From assembly GCA_964426915.1 (NCBI GenBank), contig CAYRTD010000004.1:1490-65489 (forward strand): DNA of 64,000 bases. The letters run 5' to 3'. A program made the position numbers and the translations under genes. Shown in pieces: positions 1 to 8,702 of this stretch (the stretch's first letter is position 1; each line of letters starts with the position of its first letter). The notes under the pieces are model-generated. The model was not told the DNA's origin, did no database searches, and worked only from the letters and a program-made list of their open reading frames with translations. The stretch comes from an uncultured Bacteroidaceae bacterium (lineage in GTDB: Bacteria > Bacteroidota > Bacteroidia > Bacteroidales > GCA-2748055).

Positions 1-52
1 TCAGTAAATTACTTATTTTCTACAACTACTCCAAAACTATAACGGCCAGCGT

Positions 53-232
53 GTGATCTCACTGGCCGCGGTGGATAAAATCACCTCTTTTAAAAATGAA
101 CCTTGCTGTCCCATTTGCGGATCAAATAAAATAGATACAATTCTTGAAAAAAGACTAAAAATATTTTTTGGATTCTCTTATGAAAAAGAAAAAAGAAAAT
201 TCCAATGTAAAATCTGTAATAGCAAATTTTAG
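53..232 (+). CDS. possible small zinc-ribbon protein (59 codons, GTG start)
   Basis: Hand translation gives VISLAAVDKITSFKNEPCCPICGSNKIDTILEKRLKIFFGFSYEKEKRKFQCKICNSKF, with stop TAG at 230-232. An in-frame TAA at 5-7 limits the ORF, and the only start candidate is GTG at 53. It carries two CxxC pairs. It is below the ORF-track length cut-off. Confidence 0.25.
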   Translation: MISLAAVDKITSFKNEPCCPICGSNKIDTILEKRLKIFFGFSYEKEKRKFQCKICNSKF

Positions 233-254
233 GGATTGTAATTATCCGTTTTTG

Positions 255-560
255 TTATATTTCCTTCTTTATCATAAAGTTTCCAAGCACCGGTTTTTTA
301 TCATCTTTATATGCACCTTTTGCAGATAATTCTCCAGTTAAATAATAACTTTCATAAGGTCCTTCTTTCTTTCCATCCTTGTATATAAGTTTGTATCGAA
401 TATTTCCATTGGAATAATAATAAACAGCAGGACCGTTTCTTATACCATCTTTTATAGAAATCTTTGTCTTCAAAGTTCCATCTTCTTTATAATATTCATA
501 TAACTCAATTCCATTGTCCCTATATACAAACTGTAAACAGACCACTGCATTTTTAACCAC
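255..560 (-). CDS. MORN-repeat-variant (YwqK-like) protein, possibly 5'-truncated
   Basis: Tandem units such as DGIRNGPAVYYYSNGNIRYKLIYKDGKKEGPYESYYLTGEL. The only start is a GTG directly after an in-frame stop. There is no signal peptide, and a GC-rich repeat abuts the 5' end. Confidence 0.55.
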   Translation of the reverse strand: MVKNAVVCLQFVYRDNGIELYEYYKEDGTLKTKISIKDGIRNGPAVYYYSNGNIRYKLIYKDGKKEGPYESYYLTGELSAKGAYKDDKKPVLGNFMIKKEI

Positions 561-564
561 TTAG

Positions 565-655
565 GCAACCTCCAAAGCCAGCGAGGGGCAGACGTGTCCG
601 CCGCAGCTTTAGCGGAGGAGGAAGTGTTGGAGGCGGGGAGGGTGAAGTAGGTGAC
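565..655. repeat. GC-rich nested-hairpin module related to the mosaic intergenic repeats
   Basis: CCTCCAA (569-575) pairs with TTGGAGG (627-633), and there is an inner TCCGC...GCGGA stem. AGCTTTAGCGGAGG (605-618) is identical to 55962-55975. Confidence 0.4.
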
Positions 656-1161
656 TATTTCTTTTTGTTTTGTTTGTATCCTATCCTGGGGCGATTCTTC
701 TGATCGAGTTCTTCTTGTTTGGATTTTTCCAGCTGCTTGAGGTATTCAAAGATCAACATTATTTTTTCATCATGCTCCATATCCTTTCTTTCAAGCTGTT
801 CAAGTTTCTGGAGTATTTCTTTATGGGTAGAAAGTAACTCCCGCATTTTGGTAAAAATCCGGATGATCTGGATATTTACTGAGATTACCCTTTCACTGTT
901 TAATACACTAGACAGCATAGCTACACCCTGTTCAGTAAAAGCCATCGGTGGATAACGAACACCACCCCAACTTGAGGTGCCAAATTGGCTCCTCAAGTCT
1001 GTAAACTCTATATCAGATAACTCGAACATAAAGTCTTCCGGAAAGCGGCTAATATTTCGTCTGACTGCCCTTTTAAGCTGTTTGGTTTCTACTTCATATA
1101 ATTCAGCCAGATCCATGTCTAACATTACTTTTTTATTCCTGATCAAATAGATTTTGCTCAT
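655..1161 (-). CDS. ORF6N (KilA-N-like DNA-binding) domain protein
   Basis: The N-terminal region IRNKKVMLDMDLAELYEVETKQLKRAVRRNISRFPEDFMFELS...GGVRYPPMAFTEQGVAMLSSVL is typical of ORF6N-domain proteins. The C-terminus is coiled-coil-like. Confidence 0.75.
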   Translation of the reverse strand: MSKIYLIRNKKVMLDMDLAELYEVETKQLKRAVRRNISRFPEDFMFELSDIEFTDLRSQFGTSSWGGVRYPPMAFTEQGVAMLSSVLNSERVISVNIQIIRIFTKMRELLSTHKEILQKLEQLERKDMEHDEKIMLIFEYLKQLEKSKQEELDQKNRPRIGYKQNKKK

Positions 1162-1693
1162 TACAATTTAATCAGGTATTGCAATGCCTTTTTCAGATTC
1201 GCTCATTGTTTCTGATTTTATGCATAAAAGCATTATTATTTCTTAACAACTTTCTTAATTGGAGGTCACAATTTTTGAAACCCATTTCATTGTAACAAAA
1301 ATATATCTTTACACCCCTCTACTCTTAATGTAAAAAACAGCAAAAAATCAGCGTCAGAATTAGAAGTTTTTTCGTGCATCACATGAATACTGTACGCTAT
1401 CACAAAAGAAATAAAGTTTGAAGTTGATTATTGTGGAAGAAGTTTTATTCCTTCTTTGCTGACATTTTGAAAGAAGGGTGTTGCTTATTGAATACTCTGC
1501 CATTCATGTTTTGAATAAGTAAAAACAGAGAAAGATTCCCCGGTCTCAAGTTCCAGATCATAGAGTTTATTTCTAAATCTTATTTCAACACCAGAATTTG
1601 CCTGATAGTCAGTTAGAATACCCCCATGACATAAATGGTGTCTCTGGTTTATTTCAGGATTTGTATATATTAGCACAATAAAAATAAACTATT

Positions 1694-3118
1694 ATGCATA
1701 AATTATTTGTAAGAATTGCATTTTTTATTGGTTTAAACTTAGTGCTGGCAAATCCTTATGCATTAGCCCAGGAACATCCCAATATCATTTTAATTATTGC
1801 CGATGATCTTGGTTGGGCTGATGTAGGGTATCAGGGAGCTGAATTCTATGAGACACCTAATATTGATAAAATGGCTGAAACAGGAATGGTTTTCTCCCGG
1901 TTTTATCCATCGGCTGCCAATTGTGCCCCTTCCAGAGCTTGTTTGCTAACAGGGATGTACGCTCCCCGTCATCAGGTATATATTCCCCAGGGTTTGGCAA
2001 GAGGTGGAGATGTTTCAAAAATGAGGTTTAAAGTTCCTACCCAGGGACAAAATAGCACCTATAATACTTTTCCGGTTAGCATCAATACTGTAGCGCCCGA
2101 GTTTGAATCGCTGGCCGAAGTTTTGAAAAAGTCAGGCTATGTTTCGGCAAGGCTGGGTAAATGGCACATAGGCGACGACAATCAGGGGTTTGATGTTGTT
2201 TCTGCCAATGGAGTAATTGGGGAGATTACCAATTTTTGTGGGACTGAAGAACGATTTTATGACGATATTAATGTAGCAGAAAGATTAACCGATGCAGCCC
2301 TGCATTTTATTGAAGAAAATCAGGATAATCCTTTCTTTTTATACCTTAGTCATTGGGAAGTACATACTCCTCTGGCAGCCCGGGAAGAAAGGATCAATTA
2401 TTACAAAAAGAAACTTAACAACTGGCCCGACAAAAATTATGAGTCAGTTTACGCTGCCGAAGTGGAACAGGTCGATTTAAGTCTTGCCAGGGTTTTAAAT
2501 AAAATAAATGAACTTGGTTTGGAAGAAAATACCATAGTGATTTTTACTTCCGATAACGGCGGACTTTCATCTGTCACCTCCAATGAACCTTTACGTGCAG
2601 GAAAAGGAACTTTATATGAAGGCGGGATCCGGGTTCCATTCTGTATTAAATGGCCCGGAGTTATACAGCCCGGTTCAACAACCGATGTTCCTGTGAATGG
2701 GATTGACCTGATGCCAACCTTTGCAGAAATTGCGTCTGCAGAACTCCCACAAAACCAACCGGTAGATGGCCAGTCCTTTGTACCGGTTTTGAAGGGAGAA
2801 TCATTTTACCAGGACCGTTCCTTGTTTTTTCATTTCCCTCTTTATTTGGGTGGCTCCGTAAGTGTTTTGCCTTCCTTTGACGGAGAGGAAAATTACTGGC
2901 GGGCAGTGCCTTCAACAGTGATTATGTCCGGCGACTGGAAATTGATTTATTACTATGAATATGAACGTTATGAATTGTTTAACCTTAAAGAGGATATTTC
3001 GGAGTCCAGGGACCTTTCCACCGTAAAAACCGCCACTGCACTTAAATTACTGGACGAATTAAAAACATGGACTAAGGATGTTAATGCGCCTATCCCCTCA
3101 GTTCTGAATAAAAGGTAA
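1694..3118 (+). CDS. secreted formylglycine-dependent sulfatase (arylsulfatase family)
   Basis: Signal peptide MHKLFVRIAFFIGLNLVLANPYALA. IIADDLGWADVG and the C-x-P-x-R formylglycine motif in CAPSRACLLTGMY are present, as is GKWHIGD. Confidence 0.9.
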   Translation: MHKLFVRIAFFIGLNLVLANPYALAQEHPNIILIIADDLGWADVGYQGAEFYETPNIDKMAETGMVFSRFYPSAANCAPSRACLLTGMYAPRHQVYIPQGLARGGDVSKMRFKVPTQGQNSTYNTFPVSINTVAPEFESLAEVLKKSGYVSARLGKWHIGDDNQGFDVVSANGVIGEITNFCGTEERFYDDINVAERLTDAALHFIEENQDNPFFLYLSHWEVHTPLAAREERINYYKKKLNNWPDKNYESVYAAEVEQVDLSLARVLNKINELGLEENTIVIFTSDNGGLSSVTSNEPLRAGKGTLYEGGIRVPFCIKWPGVIQPGSTTDVPVNGIDLMPTFAEIASAELPQNQPVDGQSFVPVLKGESFYQDRSLFFHFPLYLGGSVSVLPSFDGEENYWRAVPSTVIMSGDWKLIYYYEYERYELFNLKEDISESRDLSTVKTATALKLLDELKTWTKDVNAPIPSVLNKR

Positions 3119-3136
3119 ATAGCTTATTTTTTGCAT

Positions 3137-3352
3137 TCAAAGCTTATTCTCACCCCCCTGCGAAATCTTTTTCCGATAGGCCCTTTCATCTATTACTTTC
3201 TTTATGACGACAAGAATAAAGAAAATAATGGCCAGGCCAAGGAAGGCATAAGCAAAAGACTTAAAATGCTGAGGTTGTAAAATAAAAGCATAAACTGAAT
3301 AAAGAAAAAGACCGGCTCCCAGAATACCCGTGATCAAAATAGCGTATTTCAT
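3137..3352 (-). CDS. small two-TM membrane protein (hypothetical)
   Basis: 71-aa ORF with two hydrophobic helices and a basic tail. No recognisable family. Confidence 0.35.
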   Translation of the reverse strand: MKYAILITGILGAGLFLYSVYAFILQPQHFKSFAYAFLGLAIIFFILVVIKKVIDERAYRKKISQGGENKL

Positions 3353-3507
3353 TGTAGTTAAGTTTTTTTGGTAAAGTTTTTTTAGTAATTATCAATGAGG
3401 TATCATAAACTCACTCAGGGTTAAACTTATAATATTTTTCTCATAAGGAGTATCAGGTAATGTCTTATCTGTAAGATTTTTAGATTGCTTTCCTAATTTG
3501 AAAAGTA

Positions 3508-4209
3508 TCATATATCCACCATCAGTTTATAGCCCTTGCCATGAACGTTTATAATCTGTACCCTGGGATCGGGTTTGAGATATTTCCTTAGTTTCGTAAT
3601 ATAAACATCCATGCTCCTTGCATTAAAATAATTATCGTCTATCCATATCGCCTTAAGTGCAAAGTTTCTTTCGAGTACACGGTTTTTATAGTTGCACAGG
3701 AGTTTAAGAAGATCAGTCTCTTTGGTAGTCAGCTTTTGTGTATGATCACCAATGGTGAGGCTTTGTTTCTGGGTGTCAAATGTGAAATCCCCGAGCTCAT
3801 AACAATCCTCATTCCGGTCGCCACCTCCTTTTGTACGTCTTAATATAGCTTCAATTCGAAAGATAAGTTCCTCCATGGAAAATGGCTTGGTGATATAATC
3901 ATCTGCACCCCTGGTAAAACCCTCAAGCACATCTTCTTTTAACGCTTTTGCTGTAAGAAAGATGATCGGTATATCACTGTCTCTCATTCGTATATCGGAT
4001 GCAAGCGTGAATCCGTCCTTCACCGGCATCATTATATCAAGGACGCAAATGTCGTAGTGATTTTTCTCAAAAGCTTTAAAAGCTTTTTCGCCATTGGTCA
4101 GCCAGTCTGTTTCATAATTCCTGGCCTGAAGATATTCCTGAAGCAGAGATCCGAGATTTTCATCATCTTCGGCAAGTAAAATTCTTGTTTTTACTTTATT
4201 ATCTGTCAT
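3508..4209 (-). CDS. OmpR-type winged-helix response regulator (RprY-like)
   Basis: Receiver domain ILLAEDDENLGSLL...VLDIMMPVKDG. C-terminal wHTH LTTKETDLLKLL...DVYITKLRKYL. I prefer the ATG at 4209 (MTDNKVK) over the track start at 4227. It overlaps the kinase stop. Confidence 0.9.
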   Translation of the reverse strand: MTDNKVKTRILLAEDDENLGSLLQEYLQARNYETDWLTNGEKAFKAFEKNHYDICVLDIMMPVKDGFTLASDIRMRDSDIPIIFLTAKALKEDVLEGFTRGADDYITKPFSMEELIFRIEAILRRTKGGGDRNEDCYELGDFTFDTQKQSLTIGDHTQKLTTKETDLLKLLCNYKNRVLERNFALKAIWIDDNYFNARSMDVYITKLRKYLKPDPRVQIINVHGKGYKLMVDI

Positions 4210-5815
4210 CTGTTGAGCTTTTAGCAAGGGGGAGTGAGATGTCGAATCTTGTACCCCGGTTTAATTCACTTTTCAAGTTAATACTTCCGTTATGAATTTC
4301 AATGATTTTTTTGACATAACTCAATCCAAGCCCAAAACCTCTTACATTATGCACATTTCCAGTAGGTACTCTGTAAAACTTTTCAAAAATCCTTTTCTGA
4401 TCTTCTTTACTTATGCCGATTCCTTTATCTCCCACTCTCAGAATAATATTTCCGTTTTCATTTCTGGTAGAAATATTTATCCGGGGTTCGTCTTTTGAAT
4501 ATTTTATGGCATTATCCACAAGGTTTGAAATTACATTTGTCAGGTGGATTTCATCAACCCTTACATTTGACTCAGTAGCTCCGGGCTTCCATTCGATTTC
4601 TCCGTTTTTCTTTTTTACCTGTATCATGAAATTGTCTAAAGAATGATCCACAAGATCATGTAAATCGATGATCTTATACTTGAGTTTTAATTTTCCTTTG
4701 TCAAAGATAGCCATTTGGAGAACTTTTTCAACCTGGATCCCAAGGCGTTTGCTTTCGGTATCGATTATTCTGGAAATGTGACTGAAATTTTTGTTTTCTA
4801 CCGGAATAGATTTGTCGCTTAGCATCTGAGATGCAAGGGAGATGGTTGAAATTGGCGTTTTCAGTTCGTGGGTCATGTTGTTTACGAAATCCGTCTTCAT
4901 TTCTGAAAGTTTTTTCTGACGGAATATGATCCAAAGGGTAAAAATGAAAATAGCTATGATTATGGTGGTGAGAAAGATGGAGGTAAGCCCAATAAGCCCA
5001 ATTGATCTATAAATAAAACTCTTCTGCTCGGGAAAATACATCCGTAGAAAATTTGAGTTTGACCAGATGTCGCCAGGAAATAACTGGGCTGTGAAGACAC
5101 GTTGCTTTTTATCGGGATCATAGCCTTCGGATTTAAGGCTGATTTCATTGTCGCGGTTAACAACAGCATATTCATAATCTAGATCCAATCCCGATTGCTG
5201 TAAAAATATGTTGATGTATGTTTCAAGTTTTTGGGGTGAAAGCCTTTCTTCCAGCTTTCTGTGTGGATTTATCATTCTCGACATGACCTCTTCAACAAGG
5301 ACTTTCTTTTCGACAATTTTTTCTTCTACAAGATCGGGATCGGGCAGGTCTATGATTCCGTTTTCATTCCCGAGCAGAAAAGTATCCTTTTTATTATTCA
5401 GTTTGTTTCCACTGATGATCGCAAGAATACTGTCGTCCAGCATTCTGACGTTTATGCTGCTCTGCTGGTTTTTCCGGGTTTTATTTTCAATAACAACTTT
5501 CTCATCAATACGTATTTGCCTGTTCTGACCCGAACCCAGGCTCTGCTGTATCGAATTCCACTGGAAATTGAAACTGAAGTTTCCCCCCGAAGTATCGAAT
5601 CGCACATTCGGAGAGATATGATCATAGATCATGTAGGCAGTTTCTTCATTTTCAATTTGATGTGCTATGCCCGACAGAGTTCTGACCACCAGCTGAGAGA
5701 ACTGTTTTTCTTTTATTTCCACAGCATTTTTTATCCAGTAAGTCTGAACAATGATCAAACCAGTCATTACAATGGCCATGAAGGCTCCCAGTATCCATAA
5801 TAATCTTCTGCTCAT
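4199..5815 (-). CDS. sensor histidine kinase (RprX-like)
   Basis: N-terminal TM, a periplasmic region, then a second TM. H-box MTHELKTPISTI, N-box DNAIKYS, G-boxes GDKGIGIS and GFGLGLSYVKKI. Confidence 0.9.
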   Translation of the reverse strand: MSRRLLWILGAFMAIVMTGLIIVQTYWIKNAVEIKEKQFSQLVVRTLSGIAHQIENEETAYMIYDHISPNVRFDTSGGNFSFNFQWNSIQQSLGSGQNRQIRIDEKVVIENKTRKNQQSSINVRMLDDSILAIISGNKLNNKKDTFLLGNENGIIDLPDPDLVEEKIVEKKVLVEEVMSRMINPHRKLEERLSPQKLETYINIFLQQSGLDLDYEYAVVNRDNEISLKSEGYDPDKKQRVFTAQLFPGDIWSNSNFLRMYFPEQKSFIYRSIGLIGLTSIFLTTIIIAIFIFTLWIIFRQKKLSEMKTDFVNNMTHELKTPISTISLASQMLSDKSIPVENKNFSHISRIIDTESKRLGIQVEKVLQMAIFDKGKLKLKYKIIDLHDLVDHSLDNFMIQVKKKNGEIEWKPGATESNVRVDEIHLTNVISNLVDNAIKYSKDEPRINISTRNENGNIILRVGDKGIGISKEDQKRIFEKFYRVPTGNVHNVRGFGLGLSYVKKIIEIHNGSINLKSELNRGTRFDISLPLAKSSTDDR

Positions 5816-5906
5816 ATGGATACAAATATAATAAAGCTAAGTAGCGGAGATACTATCATTTAACAATCTTTAACATTCCTTTAGCTATGTTAACCCAAAT
5901 AGCCTG

Positions 5907-5914
5907 TAGCTTTG
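5907..5914 (+). promoter_or_regulatory. Bacteroidota-type -7 promoter box TAGCTTTG (TAnnTTTG)
   Basis: Exact match to the TAnnTTTG consensus. A TTTA (near TTTG) lies at 5880-5883. The box is about 85 nt upstream of an intrinsic terminator on the same strand. Confidence 0.3.
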
Positions 5915-5996
5915 TATCAAATATAACTGAGAAAGAGTAATGCTCAAAAGAATGTAAAATCTTTTCATAGACCAGCAGAAAGGGTAAATAAGCCCA

Positions 5997-6033
5997 GGGG
6001 ATCAGATGCGTTGTCTGATCCCCTTTCTTTTTT
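5997..6033 (+). terminator. intrinsic terminator with no annotated upstream + strand gene
   Basis: Perfect 10-bp stem GGGGATCAGA (5997-6006) / TCTGATCCCC (6014-6023), a 7-nt loop, then TTTCTTTTTT (6024-6033). On the reverse strand no T-run follows. Confidence 0.6.
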
Positions 6034-6077
6034 GAATAATGAAAAAAAACACATAGATTGCAGTACATTGCCTTTTT

Positions 6078-7325
6078 ATGTTGGAGCATTACTACAAAAT
6101 TCTTGGTTTAAAAGCTAATGCAGATGAAAAATCTGTAAAAAAAGCCTTTAGAAGACTTGCGCTGAAATATCATCCGGATGTTAACCCTTCACCGGATGCC
6201 GAAGAAAAATTCCGCAAAATCTGCGAGTCCTATGAAGTTGTCAGTAGTCGGATACATCAGGAAACTACCATTCATGCAACACAGGGTGAAGATGATGAAG
6301 AGGTAATAGACCCTTCTGTTTACGATGAGATAATAAGAGAAGCACGAGAGAAAGCCTGGGAAAGGGCCAGGATGAAATATGAGAAAATAAAAGCTGACAA
6401 GGAATTTTTTGAAAATAATGATCTTATAATTCTTTTCAGGTATATCGGGAATTACCTGGCAGTTCCCCTGGTAATTGCATTGGTCGTAATCCCTATGTAT
6501 CTGGCCATAACGGAAAGTTTTATCGCCATTTTTGCCGGTTTTTTTTTCTGGTTCATTGGAATTATACTTGGATCTCATATTTATTCAAACCGAAAAGGCT
6601 GGTTCCGCCCCGGTAAAATAACCACCCGATGGATAGATGTTGTAAATTTCTTTAAGGTTGAAAGAAAGAAGAGCGCTCAGGAAAAATGCCAGTATACCCC
6701 GGATAAAGTAGCCAATTCCACCCCTTTTAAATTGATCATGTTTAAAGTTAGGGAGGTCACAATGAGGAATTATGGCCCCTTTCATCACTCCGTGGGATAT
6801 AAAAGGAAATACAAGGAAGTGATAATTCCCCGAAGTGCGAAAGCTTACCGGATCCACTTCATCCTTGCTTTTCTCAAACCTCTGGTATTTGTGCTGGCTC
6901 TTATTTCTATTCCTACCCCCAGTTTTATCTGGAAAGTTATCGGTGCAATACTTATCACCCTGATTTTATCCAATACTTTGTTAATAGTCACTCAAATCCG
7001 GTCCAAAACTTCTTACCTTCTAAACGGATTCCTGATCATCAAGATCCTTGTCTGGATGATCATAATAATTTCCCAGACTACCGCTTATCCCGGGCTGGTT
7101 TTCTTTACAGAGGAATTTCTCGGATTATACATCATTCTCATGCTCTTATTCCTGGATATGATTCTTGATTTGGTAATAAGCGCATTCCCTTTTTACCATA
7201 AAATTTATCAGCCAATACTGAAGCAACCGGAAATTGTCAAAAGATTATTTAAACGGGGATTTCAAAATTATCTGGATATCCCAGTGTGGTCAACGCTTTA
7301 TCCTTTCTTCAGATGGTTGTTCTGA
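6078..7325 (+). CDS. J-domain protein with polytopic membrane C-terminal region
   Basis: J-domain [33 protein letters not shown] with the HPD motif. It is followed by about 6-7 hydrophobic helices and an ~85-aa basic loop. Confidence 0.8.
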   Translation: MLEHYYKILGLKANADEKSVKKAFRRLALKYHPDVNPSPDAEEKFRKICESYEVVSSRIHQETTIHATQGEDDEEVIDPSVYDEIIREAREKAWERARMKYEKIKADKEFFENNDLIILFRYIGNYLAVPLVIALVVIPMYLAITESFIAIFAGFFFWFIGIILGSHIYSNRKGWFRPGKITTRWIDVVNFFKVERKKSAQEKCQYTPDKVANSTPFKLIMFKVREVTMRNYGPFHHSVGYKRKYKEVIIPRSAKAYRIHFILAFLKPLVFVLALISIPTPSFIWKVIGAILITLILSNTLLIVTQIRSKTSYLLNGFLIIKILVWMIIIISQTTAYPGLVFFTEEFLGLYIILMLLFLDMILDLVISAFPFYHKIYQPILKQPEIVKRLFKRGFQNYLDIPVWSTLYPFFRWLF

Positions 7326-7358
7326 CACCCGACTTTATTGACGGACACTAAATAACTC
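7322..7358. repeat. solo unit of mosaic repeat family 1 filling a convergent gene gap
   Basis: The reverse complement GTTATTTAGTGTCCGTCAATAAAGTCGGGTGTCAG matches 55886-55915 and 29170-29199. It contains the TGA of the J-domain gene (7323-7325) and the TAG of the IPExxxVDY gene (7348-7350). Confidence 0.6.
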
Positions 7359-7767
7359 TGTGGCTGTTTTTAATTTTTTCAGGATCCAGAATAAAACAAT
7401 TGTGTACACTTTCCACCCGGACTAATTTATCTCTGAGAATCCTGGCATAGCTGGAAGAATATTCTCCTGTTACCACAAGGAAATAATCCATATTTTTGAG
7501 ATTTTCCAGAAGATGGCCTTCACCCGAATGATTACTAAGTAATTTATAATTCAGATAGGTGTTTTCATCCTCATAGATATAACAGGAAAAAAGTTGATCG
7601 TTTCCTGATGACTTATGCTTTAATGAATGATCAGTTGTCCTTGCCAGATCAAACATGAGCTTTTGGTTAATATCCCAGCTTAGCCTGTAGTCCCTTTCAT
7701 AAGAGACAATTCCCAGTAAAAGGAAGTCGTAATCAAGCTCAAAATCCAGTTTCAGTTTAGGATTCAC
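7348..7767 (-). CDS. IPExxxVDY family protein
   Basis: N-terminus KLKLDFELDYDFLLLGIVSYERDYRLSWDINQKL and the LENLKNMDYFLVV motif match the Bacteroidota IPExxxVDY family pattern. Length is about 140 aa. Confidence 0.65.
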   Translation of the reverse strand: MNPKLKLDFELDYDFLLLGIVSYERDYRLSWDINQKLMFDLARTTDHSLKHKSSGNDQLFSCYIYEDENTYLNYKLLSNHSGEGHLLENLKNMDYFLVVTGEYSSSYARILRDKLVRVESVHNCFILDPEKIKNSHRVI

Positions 7768-7921
7768 ATCAATGACTTTTTATTGATATGCAAAGTAAAT
7801 GTTTTTTAATGAACCTCCGAAAATATAACTTTCATAAATAATCTCTTTTTCTTTCTAAAACATATAGATCTATTTGATATGGGCACAAATTTTGAGTATC
7901 TTAATAAACTTCAATATTTTA

Positions 7922-8350
7922 ATGAATAACATAACAGAAATGAAATCAGATAAAATAGTTTTCAGGATCACTGACAAGCCCTATAAAATTATACTTTCAT
8001 GCTTTATTCTTACTTTTCTGGGCCTGTTCATTGCATGGGGGTCGGTAATGATCTTTATTAAATCCGGAGCAAATAAATATGCAAACCAGGCTATAATGAA
8101 ATATCAGGATAATAAAACCGGTTCTCTTTTGATGTTGATTTTTGATGACAGCACAAGCATAGAAGAAAAAAATACTGCTATCTGGGCCCTGGGCACCCTG
8201 AAAGATGAAGACGCCCTGGAAGATCTGCAAAAACTCGATTCATTGATCATGGCAGATGAAATACCAGGAATATCGGAATATGAACTGAATAAAGCCATTT
8301 TGAAAATAAAAGGCGAATATCGGGGATCAAGGCAGCTATCTCAGAAATAG
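7922..8350 (+). CDS. hypothetical membrane-anchored protein with HEAT-like repeat
   Basis: One TM (ILSCFILTFLGLFIAWGSVMIFI), then AIWALGTLKDEDALEDLQKL, which is HEAT/PBS-lyase-like. The ATG at 7922 is preferred over the TTG at 7874. Confidence 0.5.
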   Translation: MNNITEMKSDKIVFRITDKPYKIILSCFILTFLGLFIAWGSVMIFIKSGANKYANQAIMKYQDNKTGSLLMLIFDDSTSIEEKNTAIWALGTLKDEDALEDLQKLDSLIMADEIPGISEYELNKAILKIKGEYRGSRQLSQK

Positions 8351-8382
8351 CATTTATATCATCGCATTCTCCATAGATAGCG

Positions 8383-8475
8383 ACGAATGATGCTTAAATC
8401 CATGAGATCCCTCGCTATTGCCCGGGATCAGTTCGGCTAAATGATTTTGAAGGCCAAAATCATAGTCTCACTGAG
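8383..8475 (-). repeat. mosaic repeat family 2, copy in reverse orientation
   Basis: The reverse complement shares identical blocks with 10000-10107: TCAGTGAGACTATGATTTTGG (21 nt), TTCAAAATCATTTA (14 nt) and GAGGGATCTCATGGATT (17 nt). Internal hairpin ATGATTTTG/CAAAATCAT. Confidence 0.7.
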
Positions 8476-8702
8476 AAATTATATTCACTACCCTCCAATA
8501 AAATACGCTAGCAATTTTTCCTTAATTAATTTTTTCAGCTATCTTGCGGATTCTTTAAAAAATACTATCTTGAGATCAATGTAATCTGAAGGTAAATAGG
8601 TCATCTGCCCAAGGGTATTATATGCGAGGCTTATGTCATTTAAGAGCTTGTTTTAGGTAGTTTACAAACGCAGTTTATTTTTACTGCCAAAATCTGAAAA
8701 TT

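Noticed and set aside
1485-1676. 63-aa ORF on the minus strand upstream of the sulfatase gene
   Set aside because: Its start would lie only 17 nt from the divergent sulfatase ATG. It matches no recognisable family, and no convincing terminator follows: the 8-bp hairpin at 1450-1477 lacks a T-run on that strand. It is probably spurious or a gene remnant.
1694-3118. Sulfatase plus the radical SAM gene at 10233-11177 as a sulfatase/anaerobic-maturase pair
   Set aside because: The radical SAM protein is 7 kb away on the other strand. It has only one CxxxCxxC cluster and lacks the SPASM auxiliary-cluster cysteines typical of anSME maturases.
5261-5800. Long antisense ORFs inside well-supported genes: 5261-5800, 15633-16049, 47932-48366, 49322-49753, 51825-52361, 55441-56004 and 60968-61420
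   Set aside because: Each lies opposite a strongly supported conserved gene (histidine kinase, groEL, ftsA, ftsZ, ppiD-like, lptC, mfd). Their products are low-complexity and Phe/Ile/Ser-rich, as expected for the reverse frames of AT-rich coding DNA.
5856-6089. 77-aa minus-strand ORF spanning the kinase/J-domain intergenic region
   Set aside because: It runs through the + strand terminator hairpin and overlaps the J-domain gene start. It has no recognisable features. The region is better explained as promoter, leader or sRNA space.
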